Source: a virus (Duplodnaviria > Caudoviricetes). Taken from it: a stretch of DNA of 25,161 nucleotides. The translations under genes were made by a program, and so were the position numbers. This document shows, piece by piece, positions 17,122 to 25,161 of the stretch. The DNA lies in the IMG/VR virus record IMGVR_UViG_3300017651_000010, positions 1-25,161 of that record; one strand, written 5' to 3'. Within the stretch, counting starts at the first letter, position 1, and each line of letters opens with the position of its first letter. The notes below the pieces were generated by a model. The model saw nothing but the letters and a program-made list of their open reading frames with translations. It was not told the DNA's origin and searched no databases.

Positions 17122-17604
17122 CTAGACCACCAGAATTCCCGGGAAGGCTTGCTGGAGGAATGGCGAGAGTAAGCCTTCAATCACCGTCATAACTGGCGTC
17201 ATTGCTAACGCGAGGTTTTCAGAGGAGGCCTGCTGGTACTCGACCTCGACCGCGCCGTCCACCTTTTCGCGCTTCACGCGGTCAGCCGCGGAGCCGATGA
17301 GCGATAAGCTTCCCGGTTCCCTTGCTTCCTGCAGCGCGGCCTCGTAACTCGCGTAAACAACCGGAAGCGGCACGACCTGACCAGGGATTAGTGCTCCGTT
17401 TGCATAGGCTCCAGTGCGTGGCCATGCGCGTTCCTGCGCCCATCCCCCTGTCCTCTCTCCGACGAAGCGCATACCGTAGAGCCCGTCGATATAGACAGAT
17501 CCCCGGTGACGAAGCACGGACGGCGACGAGGCATCGGCTGGCAACTTGTAACCGTTTTCTTCCATCCAGGCATCGAACCCGGCGTCATCTCCGTAGCCTG
17601 CCAT
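17122..17604 (-). CDS. Head-tail adaptor (DnaT-like annotated family)
   Basis: YIDG.Y..RF.G...Q.RAWPRTG...IP..V..A.YEAAL...VKREKV.GAVEVEY motifs; GGAG RBS. Confidence 0.8.
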   Translation of the reverse strand: MAGYGDDAGFDAWMEENGYKLPADASSPSVLRHRGSVYIDGLYGMRFVGERTGGWAQERAWPRTGAYANGALIPGQVVPLPVVYASYEAALQEAREPGSLSLIGSAADRVKREKVDGAVEVEYQQASSENLALAMTPVMTVIEGLLSPFLQQAFPGILVV

Positions 17605-17623
17605 GCCACTCTCCGTTGATGTT

Positions 17624-17647
17624 TGCCCGGCGTTAAACCGCCGGGCA
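17624..17647. terminator. Strong hairpin after the capsid gene block
   Basis: TGCCCGGCG-TTAAAC-CGCCGGGCA, 9-bp perfect stem; lacks a U tract on the minus strand. Confidence 0.55.
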
Positions 17648-17652
17648 GTTTG

Positions 17653-18147
17653 TCACGGCTGCATCGCAAGTTCTTCGAGCGCGGCAATGATCTCGTCCTT
17701 CTTCGACGGGGTCTTGTCACCGAGGAGTTTGGCAGCAGCTGATTTGAACGACATGAACGGGACGTTCGGGTCACCGGCCATAGCGATCACCTCGGGCGCG
17801 GTCTTCGCCGGCTCGTCAGCTTTCTCTTCCTTGCCCTTTGCGATTTCGATGTCGCGGGAAGCGAGAAGAGCGGTGAGCCGGTTGATCTCCGCGTCCTTGT
17901 CCTCGATCTCCCCGCGAAGCTGGTCGACCTCGTTCGGAGGCATGTCGAGGACGACGCCCACCGCCGGCGCCTCGGTGACCTCTTTCGACGGCTCGCCTTT
18001 GAGGTCCAAGAACTTCAGGCGCCCTGCCCGCCGCGCCTGTCCCTCGCTGAGATCGAGGTTATCCCGCGCCTCACCCGGTTTCAGGAAGACGAGGCCGCGG
18101 AGGGTGTGTATGCCCTGAAGCGCATGGCTGTTGTTGGTTGCCTTCAT
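17653..18147 (-). CDS. Hypothetical head-associated protein with coiled coil and C-terminal small helical (Rho-N/HeH-like) domain
   Basis: GGAGG RBS; immediately follows the major capsid gene; ends KKDEIIAAL. Confidence 0.7.
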   Translation of the reverse strand: MKATNNSHALQGIHTLRGLVFLKPGEARDNLDLSEGQARRAGRLKFLDLKGEPSKEVTEAPAVGVVLDMPPNEVDQLRGEIEDKDAEINRLTALLASRDIEIAKGKEEKADEPAKTAPEVIAMAGDPNVPFMSFKSAAAKLLGDKTPSKKDEIIAALEELAMQP

Positions 18148-18162
18148 GCCAGCATCCTCCCG

Positions 18163-19131
18163 TTACGGCGCGCTGATTTCGTCTGCGTAAGCGACGGCAC
18201 CAGGAAGACGGATCTCCGTGCCGCCGGTACGTGCGATCACACCCTGCTCAAAGCCCATGATGGACTTCTGGCGGGGCTGGAGGACGCGGCGCGGCATCGG
18301 GAGGTGGAAGCGAAGAACCTCCTCGTCACGACGATAGGCGACCATTCGACCACCCCCGTCCTGCGATGCGCTGGAAAGCTCCCTGAGCGGCTGGATGTCG
18401 AGCTGCTGGCCGGTCTCCGCCGTGTAGACGTTGTTCTTGCGGAGATAGTCCAGCAGGTTCAGCACCCCGTCACCCGCGCCAAGGCGACGGTTGTTGAGCA
18501 GACGGAACGCCTCGGGCGGGAGGCGGAGGCTGTCAGCCCATTCCACCTCTGCCGTATTGTCGCGGATGCTGCCCAGCAGATCGTTGATGTCCTGCAGGAT
18601 CTGGTCGTTGGTCTTCGCGGACCAGAACGTGGAGGAGCCAGTGCCGGTGGCGGCGACGTCGACACGGGAAACCGCCGGGCTGTTGACGAGACCGGTCCAG
18701 TTCTTTTCAGTCGAGCCGACCATGGCGATGGTGTTCAGCAGCCGCTCGATGGACTGGGACGAACTCATCGCCTTCACGTCGTTGAGCGGGATGCCGTAGA
18801 GGGCAGACTGGTTGACCTCTTCGAGGTTCCACTCCCAGCCTGCGCCGATCATGGCGTAGTCATGGGCGGCCTGGTCACGGGTGGCCGCGCTGAACGGCAG
18901 GTCGTTGGCAGCACCGGATATGAACTTTGCCTCGCCGGCAATGTCCACGGTGAAGAACATCGTGCCAATCGCCCATGCGTTACCTTCGGTCACCACGGGC
19001 ACGTGAGCCCCGTAATTGAACGTCGGGTAGCGCCGCTGGTAGATTCGGGTCTCGATGTTTCGCCCCTGCGCGATCACGAAGGGGAAAGCAGCCTGCGCGT
19101 CGGCGAAAGGCTGGCGGATGATCTCGTTCAT
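18163..19131 (-). CDS. Major capsid protein (DUF2184-like, HK97 fold)
   Basis: AAGGA RBS before the ATG at 19131; 322 aa; motifs TGLVN, ILQDINDLL, RMVAYRRDEEVLRFHLPMP and GGTEIRLPGAVAY.D. Confidence 0.9.
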   Translation of the reverse strand: MNEIIRQPFADAQAAFPFVIAQGRNIETRIYQRRYPTFNYGAHVPVVTEGNAWAIGTMFFTVDIAGEAKFISGAANDLPFSAATRDQAAHDYAMIGAGWEWNLEEVNQSALYGIPLNDVKAMSSSQSIERLLNTIAMVGSTEKNWTGLVNSPAVSRVDVAATGTGSSTFWSAKTNDQILQDINDLLGSIRDNTAEVEWADSLRLPPEAFRLLNNRRLGAGDGVLNLLDYLRKNNVYTAETGQQLDIQPLRELSSASQDGGGRMVAYRRDEEVLRFHLPMPRRVLQPRQKSIMGFEQGVIARTGGTEIRLPGAVAYADEISAP

Positions 19132-19151
19132 TGTCTCGTGTCCTTTCGTGA

Positions 19152-19637
19152 TCACGCGGCTTCGGGGTGGATGGTGCCGCGGAGACGGAGACTGATTTCA
19201 ACAATCTGGCCGTCCGAGCCGCTGGTATCGAAGACGGCGTCCGGGATCGGGCCGACGATGTTCGCGCCGGCAGCGCCGACGTAGCGATGGGTCGAGGTGT
19301 TGTAGAAGACCTCGCCGCCGTCAGACACGTTGCCGCCAGCGGTCACGTACATCGGCCCCATCGTGAGGAAGGCGCCGGTGAAGTACTGCGGGTAGGCATC
19401 GGCGAGCGTCGTGCTCGGCGGGACGGCCGGGTTGAGGATGGCGATCCCCATGAAGGTGCCGGAGGCGAGCGGGACAACGCCGTGGTCGCCCGCACCGCGC
19501 TGGACGGGCTGGCCGAAGCGAACGCCGCCGGAATTTTCGACGGTCCGGCTGATGCGGTTGCTCTTCTCCTCGGAGGCGACCTGACCATGCAGGCCCTTCG
19601 CAGGAGCATTCGTGTAGGTGGTCTGGTACGGAGCCAT
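19152..19637 (-). CDS. Capsid decoration/cement protein
   Basis: Between protease and capsid genes; 161 aa, beta-rich, FGQPV motif; GAGGAGG RBS. Confidence 0.8.
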   Translation of the reverse strand: MAPYQTTYTNAPAKGLHGQVASEEKSNRISRTVENSGGVRFGQPVQRGAGDHGVVPLASGTFMGIAILNPAVPPSTTLADAYPQYFTGAFLTMGPMYVTAGGNVSDGGEVFYNTSTHRYVGAAGANIVGPIPDAVFDTSGSDGQIVEISLRLRGTIHPEAA

Positions 19638-19650
19638 CGAAGCGTCCTCC

Positions 19651-20853
19651 TCAGTTGACCGTTGCGGTGGACTTGCCGGCCTTCATGTCGGCAATCATCT
19701 TCGTATAGGCGTCGGCCGTGGACTTGTCGGCGTCACCACTGGTGACAATGCCGTCCTTGACCACGCTGGCGAAAGGATCGGCATCAGCGATCTTCTTCGC
19801 GTCTTCGGCGAGGATGTCGAAACGGGCATCGATGTAAGCCTGGGCCTTATCCTTCACCGCGGCATCGCCGAGCTTGGCGACGACGGCGGCCTTGCGGATA
19901 TCGGCATCGCTGAGACCTTCGGTCTTGACGTCTTTGGCGATGGCCTTGGCTGTGGCGACGAGATCGGCCCGAGCAGCCACGAGGGCGTCGAGTGCTGCGC
20001 CGTCCACGACCTTGGCCTTGAGAGCGTCGATCTCCGCATCCTTCTTGGCGAGATCGGCGTCCTTGGCGGCGATGTCCTTGTCCTTGGCGTCGATTGCGGC
20101 GGCGTGAGCCTTCTCCGCATCGGCGAGCTTGGCTGCGGACGCGGCTTCGCCGTCGGTCAGCCTCTTTCCGGCATCAACGAGCCGCTGCTGGAGCGTGTTG
20201 ATCACCGTGGCGCCCTGGTCGGTCACCTCGACCGGGATACCATCGACGGTTACCGTCTTCAGGGTCATGATCTTTTCCTTTTCGGGTTGGCGATCATTGG
20301 TCACAGGGGCAATGCCCCACGAATTCGCACCGTCGCCGATGCGAGCCTTTGAACCAGCCCGCGCCTTATCCACGATGGCGAGATGGTTGATCTTGATGTT
20401 CGATTGCTGGGCGTCGAAGGCCGAGCCATCCGGTGCCACGCCGTCGCCCCAGACAAGCTCGCAGGTGTAGCCGGCGGACAATTCTCGCTTCCCGCTCTCG
20501 ACGGCCCGGATGGCGGCAGCGTCCTTTAGGATCAGCGGCAGGTGCACCCACTCACCGTCCTTCTTGGCCGCGGTGCTGACCTCGCCAACGGCGAGCTGTT
20601 TCCAGTTGTCGGCCGTCACTGCCTCTGCCGGGTGGCCCATGGTCACCGGAGCGTGCGTGAAGCTCTGGAGACTGTCGGCGGCGAAGACCTGATCGGCCGG
20701 GCGGTAAACGCGCACCACAGACATCTCAGGCTTACCCACCTCGTGACCCGCATAGAGTTGGATGCCGGTGCGGACTGACCGGACTTCGGCAACGAGGTAT
20801 CCATCGGCCGTCCGACGCGTGCCGGACACCGCTACAGCGTCGGTGAATTGCAT
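19651..20853 (-). CDS. Prohead protease/scaffold (DUF2213-like)
   Basis: DGYL, RTGIQ.Y, PVT.GHP, ELSAGY and INHLAIVDKARAG motifs, followed by a coiled-coil scaffold region. Confidence 0.9.
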   Translation of the reverse strand: MQFTDAVAVSGTRRTADGYLVAEVRSVRTGIQLYAGHEVGKPEMSVVRVYRPADQVFAADSLQSFTHAPVTMGHPAEAVTADNWKQLAVGEVSTAAKKDGEWVHLPLILKDAAAIRAVESGKRELSAGYTCELVWGDGVAPDGSAFDAQQSNIKINHLAIVDKARAGSKARIGDGANSWGIAPVTNDRQPEKEKIMTLKTVTVDGIPVEVTDQGATVINTLQQRLVDAGKRLTDGEAASAAKLADAEKAHAAAIDAKDKDIAAKDADLAKKDAEIDALKAKVVDGAALDALVAARADLVATAKAIAKDVKTEGLSDADIRKAAVVAKLGDAAVKDKAQAYIDARFDILAEDAKKIADADPFASVVKDGIVTSGDADKSTADAYTKMIADMKAGKSTATVN

Positions 20854-20856
20854 GGA

Positions 20857-21030
20857 TCAGTCCTTGATGTTCAGGGTACGACGGGTGGAGCGGGCCATGA
20901 TCTGGCGTTGCAAGACGTGGATGCCGTGACGAAATTCGTCGTTGTCGTCAGCATGTTCAACTGGCAGGCGCGTGAAGGCGTTCCACGCATCCACCAAACG
21001 ATCGAAGACTTCGCGCTCCTCGGATGTCAT
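20857..21030 (-). CDS. Unlisted 57-aa helical protein MTSEEREVFDRLVDAWNAFTRLPVEHADDNDEFRHGIHVLQRQIMARSTRRTLNIKD
   Basis: Translated by hand (below the ORF-track cutoff). ATGA overlap with the portal stop; ends 3 nt before the protease ATG; fills the gap exactly. Confidence 0.8.
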   Translation of the reverse strand: MTSEEREVFDRLVDAWNAFTRLPVEHADDNDEFRHGIHVLQRQIMARSTRRTLNIKD

Positions 21031-22877
21031 TCCCCAACGAGTCCCTGCTGCCAGTCCTCGTTGACCTCCTGGAATATCTCCGGACCCAGCACGATCTCAC
21101 CCTGATAGGGCTCGACGTTCGCGAGATCCGGCGCATCCTTGTCGTAGCTGATGGTGATATGCGGCTGGTACTCCGGGTGATCCCACGACGCGCCCTTGTC
21201 AACCATCTCGTCATGACGCCAGCGAAGCATGTTGGAGTTGAACAGCAGGACGCGCGCCTCGCCGAATTTCTCCATCAGTCGGGCACCGCCGCGCGGTATT
21301 TTCACCTCATCTTCCCACGTGCTGCCCATTTCCATCCAATCCACCGGTGTGCGGCTGAATGTGATGGTGACGTGCAGTTCATCGGCTGGCAGCATCGTTT
21401 TGAACCCCTGCCCCTTGGCCCATGCGATGATCTCGGCGGCGTTCAGGACGTCGCGTCGGACATATAGCGTGCGAGGAGCAGCGTCGTTCGCCGCGGACTG
21501 CATCCGTGTCACGTTTGCAGTCTTCGGTGCCTGTGAAACCGCTGCTGCCATAAACTCGTCCTCGGATGGCTCCTGTTCGCTCAGCTTGCCGTATTCTTCC
21601 ATGGCGGCGTCAAGGCCCGGAAGCACGCCATCCTCTACAAGGCGATTGACGAGCGCATCCGAAACGGCCTCACGAGGGATGATCTCCTGACCGAACGTCG
21701 TACCGACGAGTTGCCGGGCAGCATCGGCCGTTAGCTTGAAGATGTCGGCCCGCTCTTTCTCGCTCATCTGCTCCAGAGGAGCCCAGCGATAGTAAACGGC
21801 TGGATCGTGAATTCCCGCTGACCGCTCAAGGCACTCATCCAGTCTCACCATCGCCGGCTGAAACTCCAGCTCCTGCATCGACTGAATGCGGTCGTGATAA
21901 TTCTTCATATCGGCAATCCCGGTCGAATTTAGACCGGCCGGGGACTGGCCGAGGAGACGTGTCACCGGGATGTCAGCAGCGCCCGCCACGATCTGCAGGA
22001 ACGTCATGAGCACATCCGGTAGCCCAGTGAGCTGCGCCGTCTTCGTCTCATACTCTTCCTCTTTATCGAGGAGGAGCGTTCCATTGATGCCTTTGGCCGT
22101 GTTGGCCAAGGTGTATCGCTCCAACAGCTTGCTTCGATAGTCCGCCTGCGCGAGAGACGCCATGAAGTTCGGGATGCGGATGATATCGATCTTCGCCTCG
22201 AACACGAGCGACGCGATGTTCCCCGCGGTGCTGTCCGCGTTCTTCACCGCGTCGAGGGTGGATTGAAGAACACTATCGCCCCAGCCCTGCCCAACATTCG
22301 TGGCAATCTCGTCATCGGCGGGCATCGCGCCAGAGAACAAGACCAACCGCGACGGATGAATGGTGATCTGCTGGCCGTTGTTACCTGCAAGGTTGTAGTT
22401 TTTCGGCTTGCCGTACCATTCCGATTCCGGATCGCGGTCGATCTCGCCGGCGTTCAATTTGCGGCGCGACATCACATTGAGATAGCGGACCCCCCCCTTC
22501 TTGAGACGCTCCACATCGAGCGGTTCGGATGGGTCGGCATCACCCGTTCCGATGTAGATCGCGGCACCACCGAAGAGACGCCCCTTCTGTGCGGCCTCAA
22601 GGATCTTGCCCTTGACATTCAGTCGCTTCTCTTCCTCCTCAATCGCTTCGATCTGCGGTTTCTTCGCCTGCCAATCTCGCCACTTGCGGCAGGCATCAAG
22701 AGCCGGAATGTCCACGATCTTCCGGGGAAGCCAGGCCGTCGTGTATGCGGCGATCAACTGCTCATCGGTCAGATAGGCCTGTGCATAGAAAGAGCCCGCG
22801 GCCTTGTCCCGATCGGTGCCCATCCGCGACACGAGATTTGTCAAGCTGTCGCGAAACAGCGCGATCACATTTGTCAT
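21027..22877 (-). CDS. Portal protein (DUF1073-like) fused to a C-terminal Acb1-like 2H phosphoesterase
   Basis: N-terminal ~450 aa has portal motifs (KIVDIPA.D..R.W, RLFGGA, IHPSRL, AGAADIPVTRLLGQSPAGLNSTG..D..NY.D). C-terminal ~150 aa has LYV, LHVTITFSR and YQPHITISY. Confidence 0.9.
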   Translation of the reverse strand: MTNVIALFRDSLTNLVSRMGTDRDKAAGSFYAQAYLTDEQLIAAYTTAWLPRKIVDIPALDACRKWRDWQAKKPQIEAIEEEEKRLNVKGKILEAAQKGRLFGGAAIYIGTGDADPSEPLDVERLKKGGVRYLNVMSRRKLNAGEIDRDPESEWYGKPKNYNLAGNNGQQITIHPSRLVLFSGAMPADDEIATNVGQGWGDSVLQSTLDAVKNADSTAGNIASLVFEAKIDIIRIPNFMASLAQADYRSKLLERYTLANTAKGINGTLLLDKEEEYETKTAQLTGLPDVLMTFLQIVAGAADIPVTRLLGQSPAGLNSTGIADMKNYHDRIQSMQELEFQPAMVRLDECLERSAGIHDPAVYYRWAPLEQMSEKERADIFKLTADAARQLVGTTFGQEIIPREAVSDALVNRLVEDGVLPGLDAAMEEYGKLSEQEPSEDEFMAAAVSQAPKTANVTRMQSAANDAAPRTLYVRRDVLNAAEIIAWAKGQGFKTMLPADELHVTITFSRTPVDWMEMGSTWEDEVKIPRGGARLMEKFGEARVLLFNSNMLRWRHDEMVDKGASWDHPEYQPHITISYDKDAPDLANVEPYQGEIVLGPEIFQEVNEDWQQGLVGE

Positions 22878-22894
22878 TCTCGCGCCTTTCCTTC

Positions 22895-22920
22895 GGAACG
22901 TCTGCGCTCAGTCAAGTGTT
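22895..22920 (+). promoter_or_regulatory. EcfG/RpoE2 (general stress sigma) promoter-like motif
   Basis: GGAAC-N17-TGTT upstream of a general stress protein gene. Confidence 0.65.
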
Positions 22921-23006
22921 TAGGTTTCCGATTTGCCGGGAGGTGCCGACCACCAGCTCGTCCCGGCCATCAGCGCTTTGCACCCCACCTTAGAAAGGGC
23001 ACCGTC

Positions 23007-23483
23007 ATGACCACCGATCAGGAATTCGCCCACAAGTTCTGGAAGTCCATCCGATCCGACATGACCGCTATGGTCGGGACGAAGGATGTTCACCCTAAAC
23101 CGCTCACCGCCCAGTTCGACGGCGACCGAAAAACGATCTTCTTCTTTACCGCCAAGGGTACCGAACTGGCCGAGAGTGCGTCGTCGCCGGTTGATGCGAC
23201 AATTATCTACTCATCCAAGGGTCATGATCTGTTCGCCACGGTCCATGGCAAACTCGAAGTCGACAACGACCCCGTCCTCATCGATCGCCTGTGGAACCGC
23301 TTCGTAGCGGCATGGTTCGAGGAAGGCAAAGACGATCCCAAACTCTGCCTGCTGCGTTTCGAGCCCGGTGAAGCAGAGATTTGGAAAGACGCGTCAAGCA
23401 TCGTCGCCGGTCTCAAACTGTTCCTTGGCATGGGTGATCCCAAAGAGGACTACGAGGATAGCGTCGCTACGTTAAAGCTTTAG
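23007..23483 (+). CDS. General stress protein 26-like, pyridoxamine 5'-phosphate oxidase-like FMN-binding protein (moron)
   Basis: True start ATG 23007 after AAAGGG. Motifs IFFFT, IDRLWNRFVAAWFEEGKDDPKLCLLRF and AEIW. Confidence 0.9.
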   Translation: MTTDQEFAHKFWKSIRSDMTAMVGTKDVHPKPLTAQFDGDRKTIFFFTAKGTELAESASSPVDATIIYSSKGHDLFATVHGKLEVDNDPVLIDRLWNRFVAAWFEEGKDDPKLCLLRFEPGEAEIWKDASSIVAGLKLFLGMGDPKEDYEDSVATLKL

Positions 23484-23492
23484 CAGCAACAC

Positions 23493-23519
23493 CTAGCGGC
23501 CGGCGCGGCTGGCCGCTAG
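23493..23519. terminator. Hairpin between the convergent stress gene and terL
   Basis: CTAGCGGCC-N9-GGCCGCTAG; includes the terL stop codon. Confidence 0.55.
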
Positions 23520-24949
23520 ACATTCATGAGTGTGAATGTGGAGGTGAGGTTCACATTGTCTGCAGCGATCATCGCATCAGCCAGATTGTGAGATTTCACG
23601 CCCAAGTCCTTCTTTAGCTTTGCCTTCGGCACAACGCGCCTCTTTCCCTCGCTCTCGACCCACCATGGCACACAAAGCTCAGTGAAGAGCGCATCAAGCT
23701 TCTCCGCGCCCATCGTTGATGAGAACGACAAGATATCTTCAGGCTTGATTGCCTGCCCCCGTGTGATCGCATTGAATGTGAGCATCGCCCGGCGCGCAGT
23801 GTTTGCCCAAGCTTGAGCCTTTAGGTTCAGGTACTCGTTTTTGTTGAGCGGGCTATTGCTATTCTGCGGGTCGCTCGGCTTCTCGCCGTCCATGACAGCG
23901 CCGCCAGCGTGAAACGCGAAATGCTCGACCTTGGCGCCGTTTTCTTTGTTCTGCTCGTCTATGTAGCCACCGACGAAAGCCCCAACGCCGATCGTGTCAT
24001 ATGATACCGTCGCGCCGGCTAACTTCGCCTTGGCCCAGACCTTCTTCGCGTTTTGGACGAGCTCGTCCTTGCCGGACGACCAGTCCACAGCGTCGGTGAA
24101 GACGCCTTCGATCTTGTCAGCAGTGGCGCACTTGTCTTCGCCGTCATCGGCCGGGTCGAAGCCGATGATGTTACGGCCCGTCAGGCTGATCTTCAGAACC
24201 TGATGAGCATCGACACAGGCGTCGAGCCACCGGCGCTTGAAGATCGAAAGCTCTCCGTCCCCGAGGGGCACACCGCCATAGATGTGCTCGAAGAGTTCCG
24301 GATTCGCTCTCTGCATCGCAGCGATATCGCGCAATGCCTTCTGCGAGAGGAACGGATTTTCCGTCCAGTCGATCTTGTGCACCACCGTGTGCGGCGGAGT
24401 GTTTACGACGAAGTTCTTCCAGACATAGTCGGTGACGAGCTTGGGGTTGAAGAGCAGGATAGCGAGGCTGTCTTCCTTACGGATCGTCGGCCCGATAACC
24501 GTCCATTGCTCCTGGGTGAGGTTTTCCGCCTCCTCCACCCAGAGGATATCGACGTCGGACGTGCCCTTGATGTCCTCCAAATTGCGTTCGATGCCGTAGA
24601 AGATGAACTCCGCGCCGGTGCGCCGGTGGATGATCGTCGTCTTCTGGACGTCGTAGGCAGCCTGCAGCCCCAGATGCGATATCGCCCATTTCAGTTCGGT
24701 GTAAACCGAATCCTGAATGCGGTTCTGGAAGCGCCGGATGCAGAGGACGCGCATCCTGACCGCAACATGGTCGACCAGTCTCACCAACTGGCAGGCCGTG
24801 TCTCGTGTCTTTGAGCTTGACCGGCCGCCGTGAAGAACCGCGATATCGGCTTTGCCGAAGAAGACCTCTTCCCAGAAATCGAACAGCGCCGGGTTGGTAA
24901 GGTGTGCGCTGCTCTCTACCTCTTTTCGCCGCGCAGCACCTGACGCCAT
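23516..24949 (-). CDS. terL: Terminase large subunit (PBSX-like)
   Basis: Walker A HGGRSSSKT, Walker B ILWVEEAE, FNP motif, nuclease GFDPAD and SHNLADA. Start uncertain (24949 or 24973). Confidence 0.93.
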   Translation of the reverse strand: MASGAARRKEVESSAHLTNPALFDFWEEVFFGKADIAVLHGGRSSSKTRDTACQLVRLVDHVAVRMRVLCIRRFQNRIQDSVYTELKWAISHLGLQAAYDVQKTTIIHRRTGAEFIFYGIERNLEDIKGTSDVDILWVEEAENLTQEQWTVIGPTIRKEDSLAILLFNPKLVTDYVWKNFVVNTPPHTVVHKIDWTENPFLSQKALRDIAAMQRANPELFEHIYGGVPLGDGELSIFKRRWLDACVDAHQVLKISLTGRNIIGFDPADDGEDKCATADKIEGVFTDAVDWSSGKDELVQNAKKVWAKAKLAGATVSYDTIGVGAFVGGYIDEQNKENGAKVEHFAFHAGGAVMDGEKPSDPQNSNSPLNKNEYLNLKAQAWANTARRAMLTFNAITRGQAIKPEDILSFSSTMGAEKLDALFTELCVPWWVESEGKRRVVPKAKLKKDLGVKSHNLADAMIAADNVNLTSTFTLMNV

Positions 24950-25079
24950 GTCTTGTCTTCCGATTGCTCCCATTCGCCCGGGGCACCAAGCTCGGCTTTG
25001 GCAGGAGCGTAGCTGCCCTGCATCTTGTTCGCCTCTGCGATGGCAGAGATGGCCACACGCGCGTCCTTCTCCGCTTCCC
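24916..25079 (-). pseudogene. terS: 3' remnant of probable terminase small subunit, cut by an IS21-like element
   Basis: Overlaps the terL start; helical REAEKDARVAISAIAEANKMQG; the upstream part of the listed ORF is IS sequence. Confidence 0.6.
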
Positions 25080-25161
25080 TGTTGATTGCCACTGAGAACT
25101 GACCCGGCGTTTCCACCGAGAATTGACCCGCCTGTTAGGTATGTTTCGGGTCTGCGGTCGT
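25080..25161. mobile_element. IS21-family insertion sequence end (partial)
   Basis: TGTTGATTG terminus plus tandem subterminal repeats CCACTGAGAACTGACCCG (25089-25106) and CCACCGAGAATTGACCCG (25113-25130), 24-bp period, the typical IS21 end architecture. Confidence 0.8.

Noticed and set aside
20857-21030. Naming the 57-aa protein as Acb2, Tad1 or Tad2
   Set aside because: It does not match the motifs I recall for those families; kept as an unnamed candidate.
22263-23006. N-terminal 248 aa of the listed 406-aa plus-strand ORF
   Set aside because: Mostly antisense to the portal gene; the recognisable protein, RBS and promoter point to a start at 23007.
24916-25116. Listed 66-aa ORF as an intact gene
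   Set aside because: Its first 12 codons are IS sequence; it is a chimera with the terS remnant.
25089-25130. 18-bp direct repeats considered as CRISPR or iterons
   Set aside because: Only two copies with a 6-bp gap next to a TGTTG terminus; better explained as IS21 subterminal repeats.

Overview
GC-rich, alphaproteobacterial-looking (Rhizobiaceae-like, inferred) siphovirus prophage morphogenesis region, transcribed on the minus strand. Order: terS remnant, terL, portal, a 57-aa ORF, prohead protease/scaffold, decoration protein, major capsid, head-tail proteins, a displaced Mu gpF-like head protein, tail completion, major tail, tail chaperones with a likely -1 frameshift, a 1852-aa tape measure with a lytic transglycosylase-like domain, and tail tip genes. 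Both window edges are IS ends that interrupt phage genes: IS66-like in a tail tip gene and IS21-like in terS. The prophage is therefore probably defective. Many accessory genes (morons) are interleaved: general stress protein 26-like, MscS, membrane proteins, a HigBA toxin-antitoxin pair, a secreted SNase with a small His/Cys peptide, a Cys-rich secreted protein and a 266-aa unknown. The most striking feature is a portal protein fused at its C-terminus to an intact Acb1-like 2H phosphoesterase (anti-CBASS nuclease). The linker carries a possible prohead-protease site, and an unannotated, translationally coupled 57-aa helical protein follows. Together these form a candidate virion-packaged anti-immunity module. 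All family assignments come from motif recognition, not database searches.
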